This document shows, piece by piece, positions 23,785 to 35,726 of a stretch of 64,000 nucleotides of DNA (the first letter of the stretch is position 1; each line of letters begins with the position of its first letter). The DNA comes from Chlorokybus atmophyticus (lineage: Eukaryota; Plantae; Mesostigma and Chlorokybus algae). The position numbers were made by a program, and so were the translations under genes. The DNA lies in contig RHPI01002262.1 of the NCBI GenBank assembly GCA_009103225.1, positions 1,002,585 through 1,066,584 of the forward strand, given 5' to 3'. The notes beneath the pieces were generated by a model. That model made no database searches, had not been told where the DNA came from, and saw only the letters and a program-made list of their open reading frames with translations.

Positions 23785-24413
23785 CTAAGATCCTTCCAAA
23801 AAGAAGACAACCCAGCATCCGCGCACGCATATATGGTCCAGCTCTGGCCCTAAGTACCAGGCGAGGTCCTTGCAACGCTTCTGAGTCTCTACCATTAATA
23901 AGGTGAGAGCCTCGAACGCCATCCTCTGGCCTGCATACAGGCCTAGTTTGTCATAAGTGGCCATAAGAGCAGCCACTGCTGGATCTGTGTGCATGAATTG
24001 CGGTACATTATGCATCACCTCGTGCACGATTATGCGAATCACCATCTCCTTGCTTGCACGCGGGAGACCATCTCATATGCGTTACGGACTTGCTGCGCCC
24101 ACTCATCCCACACTTCCTTGCGAAGCTGGGGGTGTGCAGGAAGAAAAGCCTCACGCTCTGATGCGTACTTTGCTATGGCCGCCCTGATGATGCTTTGAGC
24201 GTCCATAGGTTGTTCATCATGAGAGGACTTGTTGAAAGCAGCTTCACCACTCTTGGACTTGGCATCTTCCTCATCACTGACACTGTAACTACCGCTCGTG
24301 TCCAAGTGCTTCACTTCCTTATCACTTGATGGCTCAAACGATAAATCCTCAGAATCGGGACACATCCCGCCTTCCTCTCCTTTGTAAGACATCTGCCCAA
24401 GAAGATAAGCCAT
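23785..24413 (-). pseudogene. Unknown frameshifted coding relic (acidic linker plus helical domain)
   Basis: Consecutive ORFs 24039..24413 and 23785..24045 with protein-like composition. Confidence 0.35.
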
Positions 24414-24879
24414 TTAGAAGATTGCAAGTGCACAAGTGCGCAAGCACACGAGTTGTGCACTTCAAAAGTGTCAAAATGTGTTATTTCTTTCTCGTTAACT
24501 GCAAGGTTTTTAACTTGGGCAAAACAACTTGTAAAGAGATTACTCAACACCTCTTGGCAAGGCGCTTGCTTGCAAGCAAACCGCACGCAATTCCACGCAA
24601 CAATTTGCAAGCTACAACAGCTCAAAGCTTTCACTTTGTACAACTCCACTAATTTACAATTGCAATTGACACGAGTAGTGCCAAGTGTGAATGGAGTTTG
24701 CTTGGCCGAACAGGACAGAACTGTTGGCCCCACTGCACTGGCTGGCGGTCACGACAGCCGATATTGCCATTGGACTGCCCTCCAGGGTTAAAGCACGCGT
24801 GCAAATGCGTGCGCACGCACGAAACCCTTCACACCCCCGCGAATCCACGCGGTGGCTATTCCACAATGTGTGCAAAGTG

Positions 24880-25520
24880 AGAGATTTTGAGCATGCGTGT
24901 GCATAGTTGGCAAGTCCGCGCATGCACATGAGTGAGTGCACAGCCAGAGTCAGCACATGTGCGCATAGTCGCAACAAGTGAGCATGCGTGGGCATAGTTA
25001 GTTCGCGCGTGCACATGTGTGCCTGGTTGACAAGTTCGTGCGTGCGCAAGTGTGCACATATAACACGTCCGCACATGCACATGAGTGAGTGCACAACCAA
25101 AGTCTGCCTGCACATGTGTACTTAGTCATAAATTGAGAGGATGCGAGTGCATAGTTGGCAAGTTCGCATATGTACACGGGTGAGTGTACAGCCAAAGTGT
25201 GCATGCACATGTGCGCATAGTCACGAGATGTGAGCATGCGTGTATATAGGCAGTCCATGCGTGCACATGTGTGCCTAGTTAGCAAGACCGCATATGCACA
25301 TAAGTGAGTGCGCAGTCAGAGCTTGCATGCACACATATGCATAGTCTAAATATGTGAGCAAGCGTCTACGCAGTCCAAAAATATGAGCATGCATGTGCAT
25401 AGTTGGCAAGCCTGTATGTGCAAGTGAGTGAGTGCATAGTTAGAGTCCGCATGCACATGTGTGCATAATTTTGAGCATGTGCACGTGTGCTTAGCCAAAG
25501 AGTGTGAGCAACCATGTGTG
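24880..25520. repeat. Degenerate satellite with ~248-bp higher-order period
   Basis: GAG(C/G)ATGC.(T/A)GTGCATAGTTGGCAAG at 24889, 25137 and 25385; a second subunit at 24980 and 25232. Confidence 0.75.
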
Positions 25521-26195
25521 TGCATAAGGTTAATGTGTATGTGTTGTGCAGGTGAAAGCGTGTAGGGACATAGACAGCCGCGAAGAGCGTTTGGCAAATT
25601 GCGGCACACACAGAGTCCTATAAGCGTGCGTGGGACTCTTTGCGTGCCGCAACGTACGCGTAACATACATAAGTACATTACGTGTACGTACGTACATCCG
25701 GCATTTGTTAAGCCATTACGAATAAAACCTTGAAGCGGAAGGAGTTCGCTGCAGCTACGTTTAGGCTTGCAGAGGCAAACAATGGGGCTGTAAGCGCACA
25801 CTCGCTCAATGCAATGACAAGCGAGACACCTTCTTGCCATATGCATGTGCATGTATGTGGTTAACATTAAGTGCTCTTTATGTCTTTTAAATGTACATTG
25901 CTTTGCTAAGCGGTTGAGACACCTGACTACTTCGACTTTCAAGCCGATTTTCACAAAAGAGTGAGAGCTTAAAGGTAACCTGCATAAGAACAGCATTCGC
26001 GTATGCGAGATGATGGAGCTCACATTGGGCAGCATCGTAGAGGCGAAGCCCACCTCTTATACTGGAAGTGGTGGTGAGGAGGAGCCTTCAAGGACATGTC
26101 AGGGTACATGAACTTCCTATACATACATGCATTTTTAGATTGCAAAAACTCCGCTTTAATGATACGCTTATAATGTTATTTAATAAAACTGGGCA

Positions 26196-26600
26196 AACTC
26201 ACACACGACTTATATGCGACACACAGCTCATGCTGGGGGGTCGCTATGGGTCCATAAATTGGTGACGGCGCCATTGCCGCTAATGCAGAGGTTCAAGCTT
26301 GAGAAGCCTGTACACCTACAGCTCTAAACCACACTCGCCACTTATACCAAAAATGGCGCCGCCGTGCTAGGGTTTCAAGCGACTATATATATACAAAGAG
26401 CTTGAAACTCACAACTCACGCATAGTGAGTGCTTGTGCCCCCAAGTGCCCAAGGCATTAGGGGCACAAGAGTCTCATAACTCGTTAACATAATTTTGAGT
26501 TCATGGGCGCGCATTTCATGCGCTTCATGAACTTATTTAACTTACACACGAGGTGTATGCGACACACAGCTTATGCTAGGGGGTCGCTATGGGTCGATAG
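26196..26600 (-). repeat. Right-end B1-A2-spacer-B2 block
   Basis: A2 matches the other A copies; B1 and B2 share GACCCATAGCGACCCCC.AGCAT.AGCTGTGTGTCGCATA...CGTGTGT.AGTT. Confidence 0.88.
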
Positions 26601-26639
26601 ATCGATGAAAACAGTGAGAGCATGTACCACCCAAGATGA

Positions 26640-28130
26640 GGCTCCGCATTAGTGTGTGCAACTCAAGCAATGCGGCGCACATATAGCCCTCAGCTTCAGT
26701 GGAAGACTTTTAGCGCCCAAACTGCTGCCACAGGTGCTGGGGCACACCAGCCTTTGCGGCTTGGGTCGTAGCTCTTGAACGGGCAGAGTGTGTGCCAAAA
26801 TGCGTGGGGTACTCCCCTACCGCTATAATGGCTGCCTTCTCCCAACCCAGGATGGTGCTATATGGCACCACGATGTTGCGTAACGCACATTTCCCCCGCT
26901 CGTATGATGAAGCGCAGCAACTTGCCGGGGCCCGCGTGCCGTTATCTTAACTTTTCGGTGTGCATCACAGGGCACAAATCATCGCCCACCGCAACTATAT
27001 GCACTGTGGCGCCCACACCGTGTTGATCGATTTCGCTACACGGAATGACAAGATCCATGCGGCCTGGTGAAAGACAATGTCCTGCGCGTTGACCTCCACC
27101 AAGTTGGAATACTGCAACATACCCGCCAATTGCAGCAGCACCGCCACTATTTGCAGCCTGGCCACCAAGTCCCACCCGTTGCGAGCAAAGTGCGAGACCA
27201 TGACTCGCAGGTGTCATGGACGACCAAATAATAACGCCACAATGGTCGCAAAATACACTTCGTGCTTTTGTGGCGTAATGGTTTGTTACGTTGGTCATTG
27301 GAGCTTAAGACCCAAAAGGTTCTGAGGTCCAAACCGCCTGGCGGCAGATCAAGACGAATTCTTGCGGTCGTTGTGCGATTCAAGAGGCCTCGCGCGCCTG
27401 GTTAGGGCATCAATGCGCGTCTTGCAGGACAGCAGTTTGTCATTCCGACGCGTCGCGCTTAAAACCACACGACTTTGCCTAACGGCAAGTAAAAGAAGGT
27501 CTCATACGCGCAATGCGCACTGCGACTGCTGTGACAATTGCAAAATTGCTTTCATTGCTCAGTGACGAGAGGCCGTGTAGAGAACTCACATTTAACGAGG
27601 ACATTAGACACCTAAGTGGGGGGGAATGTCACGGACAATTAAAAAGTAACGCCACAATGGCCGCAAAACACACTTCATGCTTTTGTGGCCTAATGGTTTG
27701 TTATGGCCGGAGCTCAGGCGTGTAGGCGTCCTTTTTCCGCGTGTTTAATGGTAGCAGCCTGGCAGCAGCCTCATGCACCACCGCAACAAGTGCATGTGCA
27801 GTGGGAGAGGCCTGGCCTACCACGGTATGCGCAGCATGTATGGTCGAAGAGGCATGTTTCACAAGTGCCGGGGTGGTGGGATCCACCAACACCTTGCTTA
27901 GGAACAGGGCCATTGTGCCAGGGTCTGTGGGTAGCGCAGCCGAACCACAAGGCGTGCAAAACTTCACAAAGTGGCGCCAGTAGCTCTCATGGCCGCGCAA
28001 GGTATAAGTAGCACATGATGCCGCAACTGCTGCAGGGTATAAGGTGCGCAGGCGATCAATCTCATAATCCCCAGGGACGTTGGGCATGAGCGATTGCAGG
28101 CTGCGCTCAATAACAGCTGCACATAGCATG
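26640..28130 (-). pseudogene. Tyrosine recombinase of the PAT-like element, interrupted by a TRIM
   Basis: SYWRHFVKFC...PTDPGTMALFLS; LAGMLQYSNL; VIPCSEIDQHGVG; FGTHSARSRATTQAAKAGVP...FGR*KSSTEAEGY. Confidence 0.85.
27212..27705 (+). mobile_element. TRIM (494 bp) with 79-bp LTRs
   Basis: LTRs 27212-27290 and 27627-27705; TGG-containing PBS-like site at 27291; PPT AAGTGGGGGGGAA before the 3' LTR; TSD GCAGG/GCCGG; removal restores YR frame ...AYTPELRRVMVSHF... Confidence 0.88.
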
Positions 28131-28159
28131 TGTCAATGGCCAGGAGGCAATTCAATTCT

Positions 28160-30003
28160 CAATGCCCATGTGTGACTATTGGGTTAGCCCCCTTGAAGAT
28201 CCGTGGCTTGAGGGCTAGGCCACAAGGAGGCTGCGCCTTTGGGTAGGCTCGCATTACATGCAACCATAAGTGCCCACACCCCATCGCGGCAGAGCACGAG
28301 CCATCATGTTTGAGTTGTCCACTCGGCAGAATGAGGCAAGTGCGAGCCTTGCATTCGCGGGCATGGCGTAGAACAGTGCCAACACGTGTGGTGGGGGATG
28401 GCACAAGTTGTTGCAACCACTCTAGTGACAATGAAAGGCATTGCCGGATGAGCCCGGACATGGCAACACCAAGTTAAAGGCCACACACACAGTGTTGGCA
28501 TTCGTGGCGAAGCGGTCTATATAAAAAGGGCCCCACTTGCGGGCGAGCACGCGGACCCAAGGGGCTTGCAAGGTCCACCCGTTCCAAATCGGTGCTTTGG
28601 AGATTGTGTCCGCCTCCTCATTAAGCTCATGTGGTAACCACTCCATATGCCAGCGAATGCAATGGGGATGGCAATGTATGAAAACATGGCATGCCATTTG
28701 CTGCAAGTGCCCGGCCTCATTGCCCCCTTTGCGCATAACGTAGTACACATTACGGGCATCACCATAGCACAGTACCGTACATCCATGCAGCACCTCCTCG
28801 ACAGTGAGCAGGGCACACTCAAGTCCCAGTGACTCGCGGTATGTCGGTGAGCTCAAGCACTCATCCGGTGTAAATGTGCCCTTCACCACGGGGTAAACTG
28901 TGCCATGGCGCACTAGTCCCCAACCAGTGCCGCTAGCATCCATGAATTGCATTATGTCCGGCTGCACAATAGGCCAACTGGGTGCCAGGTTAAGCTGCTC
29001 AAGTGGTCTCTCAGCCACATTAATTCAGCGATCTTAGGTTGGCGTAGCATCATGTGAGAGCTGCATGAGCGGCGGGTGTCAATCAAGCGGCGTGTATGCC
29101 AAGTTGTAAGTTTGACGGCAGGACCCAACATCAGGAACATGGATTATAGCTTGCCACAGATGCGGGCCAGCAACTTCACTGGCAAATGGCGCCTATCGCC
29201 AAATGCGTGTTGCAAGTCTCTGAGCAAACCATTGCACTTCTTGCCGGGAACACGATTAGTACCAGCGTGTGTATCTCACACAAAGCCGAAGATGATGATG
29301 ACTCCGCTCAGCACAATTTGCGCCTTGGTGTTGATCGCCAGCCCGCACCATGCTGCATGTGCTTGCACAATGGATAGGGTGGAGGCATGCTCCAGCTTGA
29401 AGCGGGCAGTAAATAAGAAGTCATCAATGTATGGCATTATGCGAATGCCTTGCACATGCCAATGGCGCACCGAGGGCTTCATAACCTTTGTAAACACGAA
29501 GCAAGCCGTGCTCAACCCAAATAGCAATGAGCAAAAGTTGAACGCTTTGCCCGCAAATGAAAACCCCAAGTAGCCCCACAATGCGGGGTGGATGTCCACA
29601 TAATGACAGCAGGACTTCAAGTCCGTAGAGAACAATTAGTCCTCAGGTTGCAGCAAGTCCGGGATTCTGCGTACATCCTCATACTTGAATAGCGTGTTCA
29701 CTATGTAGGAGTTGACATAGCAAGTCCATAATGAGGCGCAACTTGCGTCCAATGTTGACCACATTGAGTGGGCTCACCACGAGGGGGGGGGGGGTCACAC
29801 ACTCTTGTGTGGCCCCCACTATGCACTAGGTTGGCAATGGCAGCTGCAGTGAAGCCTGCAAACTTGTGCACACTCTTATGATTGGTGGATGCCCGTGGTG
29901 GTGGTGGGTCTTGAGCCCATGGTAGCTTGTACCCATACTCCACCTATGAGAGCACTATGATACACTCACAAATCACGCCATGCTGGCAGGGCATCTCGCA
30001 GTC
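28160..30003 (-). pseudogene. DIRS-type RT, RNase H and MTase-like region
   Basis: EYGYKLPW; TDLKSCCHYVDI...LLFGLSTACFVFTK...PYIDDFL; FMDASGTGWG...NEEADTISK; IDRFATNAN...NNLCHPP...VLRHARECKA. Confidence 0.9.
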
Positions 30004-30211
30004 AATGATGCATTTTAGAATGAAACGCGGTGGATAACTTATTATCCAAATTTATGTATCACATAAATTTCATGCCAAAAAGCGGAAGTGAACCGCGAAT
30101 CCCTATCCGAAATCATATCCACGCGCATCCCATGTTGTGAATACCATCTCCTAAAAAGGCATGGGCAAAATCCTCGCCCGTAACTTTTGGAGGAAAAATG
30201 ATGCATCTCAA
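30004..30211 (-). other. 208-bp insertion containing a Ty3/gypsy integrase-core fragment
   Basis: Encodes HGMRVDMISDRDSRFTSAFW...LSTAFH; AATGATGCAT repeated at 30004-30013 and 30197-30206; removal restores VEGRLRDALPAW. Confidence 0.75.
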
Positions 30212-30682
30212 GCCCCTCAACGGTGAGATTGGCAGGGACGCGAGCAAACTCATGATGCTTCATCCAGTCATAATCAAGGTCCTCCTCCATGCTAGTATAG
30301 GCCACTGCACACGACCACAAAGTTTCCTCAACAACGAAGCTCAGCAAAAGCCTTAAACGGCATGTCGACCATAAAACGACCACAACTTGTGCAAACAGTG
30401 TTTAAACGAGGTTCTATTTTGCTCGGCACTCTCAGCGTCGTTGCGATGGTCATATCATGTCGTTGTCTCGTTCGGGGGTGCTTTGAGACCCCCAGCCAAA
30501 GTCACAAGCAAAATAGCGACTATGCAAGTAGTGGATCACGAATCCAACACGTTTATTCACCCAGCTCGCAGTTCAATCAGAGCAGCAGTCGCGAACGCCA
30601 GAAAGGACCCGGCTGTAGCATCAATGAGTGCAAGTGTACAGCTACTAGGCTGTTACAACAGCTATAGGGCTGTGCCACCAAA

Positions 30683-31316
30683 CTACTGTCCGCCATGTCC
30701 TATTGAGGGCTTATGGCAAAAGGCACGCAAGTGCCCCGGCTCCCCACATTTGTAGCAAGTGCGAGAGTCGCGTTGGCCCCCCGTAGATGCGGCCCGACAT
30801 GGCATAAAAGCGGTCCTGTAATTGGTATGCCCTGCGCCAAATGCATAGGACCCAGCGTAGCGAGGGGGGTACCCGCCCCGCCCCTTGTTGGGAGTATAGG
30901 CCACCCCCGCCTTGGGCTTCGGCTGCGCCGCAGCGCCTCCTTGATTGCCTTCTTAAGGCGCTTTGCCTCTGCACCGTTCATAGCTATAGGGTTGTTTATG
31001 AGCTCCTCCACCACCTTCTGTGCTTGTGGGCAACTTCCACATGGTGGAACTGCTGGTTCACCTCGTCCAATGCTGGTGCATAGAGCACATGTGAGCAATG
31101 CTGGTTGCGGGCACTTATGCAGAGGCTCAGAGCCCCTTCATGAATTTAGCGCCGGGCGCACCCACATTGACATCACCATCTTCCACATGCAAATGCAAGT
31201 ACAAACCTATTGTGCCTTTTACCTTGCTGTGAATAGTTATAATATAAATACAGAGGTGGACATGCAAGGGTGTTGAGTGCGGGCCCTCTCCCCCCACCGG
31301 ATACGTGAGGAGGAGG
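30683..31316 (-). pseudogene. gag: gag-like ORF1 (3' part) of the PAT-like element with CCHC knuckle
   Basis: CYKCGEPGHLRAFC; colinear with the + strand copy at 34480-35127. Confidence 0.85.
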
Positions 31317-32952
31317 TGTTGAACACTAGTAATGCGCTTTGTGTGTGTGTATTTGCCTCCTACAAACAAGTGTGCACACACTAAGGACAAGTGCAGCAAG
31401 CACGCCAACTATAGAGACAATGTGCGACCCATTGTATAAAGCAGTATATACAGTGTCTTATATACTGTGCTACAAAGCACTAGTAAGCTCTAGTCAACTC
31501 TGGTCAAAGTCAACACTAGTCAACACTAGTCAATGGTCAAAGTCAACGGTCAAAGTTAAAGTTGATTATGGTTGACCATAACTGCCATAACTCCCATAAC
31601 TCTTGTAACTCCCGTAACTATAAAGGTTAAGCTGATCGTACCAACTACATGTAGGCGCCACCTATACATGTACTTTCAACAAGCTATAATATTTAACACT
31701 CCCACGCGAGCAGCTTGACCTTGAACTCCAAGTTCTTCTCATAAGCTTACCCACAGTAACTTACTCCATTGAACACTCCTATGGATGTGTTGCTCCTACG
31801 GACTTGATGCTTGTTTGCATGACACCATCCTTCTCCTCGTGCTGCCAGCAGGACTACAAAGTTCCGATACTCCTTGTTTCCTTTTCATAGTTGTCGCATC
31901 AGGTTCCACCACGCCACGCCTGACCTTGCTAAAGTGGTTTCAAAGACTCCTTCAATGGCAAACTATGCTATAAACTACACTGAGTTCTCCACCTTAGCAA
32001 TGCTGTATCAGAGTGTAGGCCGTGCAAGGGTTGATCGGACGCTTGTACCAAAGAAAGCACCCCTCCCATCTCCTGCTAGCTAGCTATACAACTCCGTCCT
32101 TGCATGCCAATCACTTGAAGTGTTCAAACCAGTACCGCACACCTATGTGCTACCAACAACAACTCCACAGCAATGCAACCTCTAGTTGTTTGCAGCTCAA
32201 CACCAGCAACTACTCATAGGCTAGCAGTAACTCTCACAGATCTTTGTGTCTGCGACCTCCGTCTACATGTCCTTCACGCGCCCTTGCAATGAGAGAGGAC
32301 GGACAAACACCATCCACTACAACTCCTTGAGGTCCTCACCGATGCTAGAAAGCAATCGCCATTGTGGCGTGCTCCTCCTTGATTGCCTCATCGTGGATCC
32401 TCTTTTGGCATCCACGAATGAAGTGGCCTTTTATCTTGCAGTAGTGACACTCTTTGTCACGTGATGGCTTCCCACCACCTGCTTTGCTCCTGCTGCGTGT
32501 GTGTTGAGAAGATAAGGCAGAAAGTGCGATAGGTTCTCCACCATTCTCTATCTCCTGAACATCCAACTTGCCTTCCACAGCTAGCAGCTTAGGTACTACA
32601 TCAGTAAACTTTAAAACCAAATCTAAGGACTCCAACATAGTCACTAGCGTAGCAAAGCTCTTTCCTTAAGCCAGCTAAGACTGCCCACATCACCTCTACT
32701 TCCTTCACATCGTGGCCCACTGCTGCAAGGTCTTGCCAAAGCTCCCTCGCAAGCTGACACTTTTCAAGATGGAGCACAAAGAGCCAAACCCCAGAAGTAC
32801 TCCAGAATCACATCTGGGGTTTGGCTCTTTGTGCTCCATCTTTAAAAGTGTCAGCTTGCGTCTCAGCTGCAACTTGCGCGAGTTGCTATTGGCCTTAATA
32901 AGGGTGTCGAAGACCTCCCACGCCTCACGTCCAGTCTTGCAATCCGCAATAA
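31317..32952 (-). mobile_element. Copia-type gag-only element fragment with 3' LTR (31317-31698)
   Basis: UBN2-like gag (ADCKTGREAWEVF...RKLQLRRKL), knuckle CHYCKIKGHFIRGC, ~650 bp without pol motifs, PPT GCGTGGGAG, LTR starting TGTTAAA. Confidence 0.78.
32748..32860. repeat. 48-bp near-perfect inverted repeat inside the Copia gag
   Basis: Arms 32748-32795 and 32813-32860 with one mismatch; 17-nt loop. Confidence 0.9.
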
Positions 32953-33464
32953 GCCCAAGGCACAAGGGGCACAAGAGTCTCATAACTCAATGACGAGTTC
33001 TGAAGTTCATGGGCGCGCATTTCATGCGCTTCATGAACTCGTATAACTAGCAAGAAGCGCAAGGCCAAGGTTACAACCACTAGTGATGCAATCAAGTGGC
33101 AGAGCATGCAGCAAGCATGTCTTGCTGCTGAGCGCGTTACATGGGAGGCATCTATAAAGCAAGCAGAGCTGTACAGCGCTTCAAAGAAAAGGTGACAAGC
33201 AGTGCGCTGATACCTTGCATTTGGGCAAGATGTTGAGTGAGGCTGTTGTGATGCTTCGTAGTACTCGGGTTGCTGTAGTTGTAAATGTTATATAGTTGAT
33301 ACCAACCATCATTTTTAAGTAGTTGTCACTTGTGCACGCACATATGTAACACAAATCCTTAACGATGCGCACATCATGTCTCACATAATTGCTATGCTAG
33401 TATATCTTAAATTATGGTACTAATGTTGTGCATGTTATGAACACCCGCTACAACATGAGGTGGC

Positions 33465-35350
33465 ATATGAATTCATGAAGCGCATAAAATGCGCGCCCAT
33501 GAACTTAAAAACTCGTTAATGAGTTATGCACTCACTAGGCGTGAGTTGTGAGTCTCAAGCTCCTTATCTAGTCGCTTGAAACCCTAGCACGGCGGCGCCA
33601 TCCTTGGCGTGGGTGGCAAGTGTGGTGAGGAGGTGTGCACGGAGGAGGACCTCCATCATGGTTACACGGTCACAAGCGAGTGCCCAAGATGATGGAGAGT
33701 AGGTGGCGGCCACGGCCGCGGCGGCGTTGCTAGCCGTACGTCACTTATGGCAGGCTAGGAGTCCGCCACACCTTGAGTGAGGAGGAGAAGTGGAAGCGGC
33801 GAGGGAGGAGGGAGAGGTGCGCCCCCCCATGGGGAGGGGAGAGGAGGAGGTAAACAAGGAAGGTGACGGTGGCGGTGAGGAGGATGCGGACAACGAGGAC
33901 CCGCCCTTCGGCACATACAAGCATAGCAAGATTGAGGCAAGCCCGCTCCCCAACGCTTCTACCCCATCCATAAAACCCACGGAGGCAATGGCAAGGAGGT
34001 TGGAGGAGTTGGAAGCGAAGAACACGCGCCTCAAGCGTGGGAAGGCGCTCGCCATCCCTTGTGAGCCCGTCACCACCGAGCCTAACCACTCGCGACTTGT
34101 GAGCATCCTTCGCCGCAATATGGACTCCACCACCCCCAATGCTCGGGTGGAGGCGATGTGCAACCGCTTTGGTGAGCCCGCGGTTCCGGAAGGAGAACAT
34201 GAAGAAGCGGGCTCGGTAACATGTGAATGTGGCGGCTTACCTTGGCGCGGCGGCAAGCTCCTTCGACCGTGTGCCCGCTCACCTTCACGATGATCCCCAC
34301 TTCGCCCACAGCCGCAAAGAGAACACGAGAGGTGGGCTCATTCTTTGTAGGGTCATGTGCACGAGCATCATGGGAACACCATTATGTGGGTGCGGACTTG
34401 GTCCATGCCCACTTGCACATGCGTGCGTTGCGCACCTTATGAAAGCGCTGCCCCATTATTGAAATAGATGCATTTGTTTTGCATCCCTTCCCCCGTATTC
34501 GTGGGGCGAGAGGGCCCGCACTTAATGCCGTTGCATGCCCACCCCTGTATCAATATTATGACTACCTCACAGTAGGTAACAAGCACAACGGGGCACACCA
34601 TTTGCCTCTGCATCCCGAACACGTGGTGGGTAAGGTTGAGGATGGCATGTGGGTGCGCATGGCGCTAGACCCTGTGGCTTTGGACTATGTGCTTATGCAA
34701 CCAGTGTTGCTCATACGTGCTTTGTGCCCTAGCGCTGGACAAAGTATTCAAGCAATTCCACTATGTGGAAATGGCCAACAAGCACAGTTGGAAGGTAGTG
34801 GAGAAACTGCAGGGCAACCCTTTGGTCATGCATGACATGGAGGAGAAGCGCCTTAAGAAGGCAATCAAGGAGGTGGCTGCGGCACAGCCCAGGCTCAAGG
34901 CAAAGCCTGCCTATACTCTCAACAAGGGGCGGGGCCAGTACCCCCCTCGCTACTCCGGGTCCTGTGCATCTGGTGCGGGGCACACCAGCAACAGGACCGC
35001 TCCCATGCAGTCCCAGGCGGCTTCTACTGGGGGCCAGCGTGATGCCCGCACTTGTTACAACTGCGGGGAGCCTGGGCACCTGCGTGCCTATTGCCGTCAG
35101 ACCTCCGCTAACCGTGGGGGCCGGTAGAACAGTTTATAGCTGTGGTGACTTTATGATAGCCTAGCAGCTGTACACTTGTGTGCAATTGTTGCCTGTAACA
35201 TCGTTTGAGGTCTCACACGACCCCTGATTGGGATGAAACTTTGGGTGCATCCTTGTGACGCAGTGACGCTCACATATAGAGCTAAAGAGCGTGAAATGTG
35301 AACACGATTTGCTATGGTCGCACAGTGTTTGGTGCATAACGTTTGTGTGA
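33465..35350 (+). mobile_element. Second, 3'-truncated copy of the PAT-like DIRS element (A1 + gag-like ORF1)
   Basis: A1 33465-33626 with internal deletion; ORF fragments 33790..34293 and 34687..35127 ending CYNCGEPGHLRAYC; colinear with the minus copy to ~35350. Confidence 0.85.
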
Positions 35351-35726
35351 GGCCGTTTTTGGAACAGTTGTCTTCTTATTCTTTGATTTTCTTTTCTATT
35401 GAATGCTTCTTCAATTGGTGGCGACTTGCCTCAATCGCCGCATTCTCTTCGGCCCCCTTTCGGCAACCAGGATTTAGGGCAGCTCTGGACGCGGATTGTG
35501 AAGGGAGTCTCTCCTTCACCCGCTCCAGCAAACACCATCGCTCTTCTTGGGGTCCCTGCAAAGGGCCCCCAAATCACAGCCGAGTACATCGCACAAATTC
35601 TCACTTCTCTCAGATCTCTACATTGTGGACGCTCCTCCATCTGATGATGCGTATGCCATTTTTGATATCGCTCTGAGGATTGGTGAACTGTTCTTGCCCC
35701 ACGTGCACTTGTTTTTTGCTTTACGT

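Larger units (their letters stand above)
26196..33044 (-). mobile_element. PAT-like DIRS retrotransposon with split direct repeats (A1...B1-A2-B2), carrying nested insertions and an internal deletion
   Basis: A1 remnant 32953-33044; gag, RT, RH, MT and YR on one strand; B1 26539-26600, A2 26328-26538, B2 26196-26252; no TSD; joined flanks give a continuous reading frame. Confidence 0.9.

Noticed and set aside
24654-26053. ORFs of up to 235 aa over the satellite
   Set aside because: Composition follows the repeat and there are no domain motifs.
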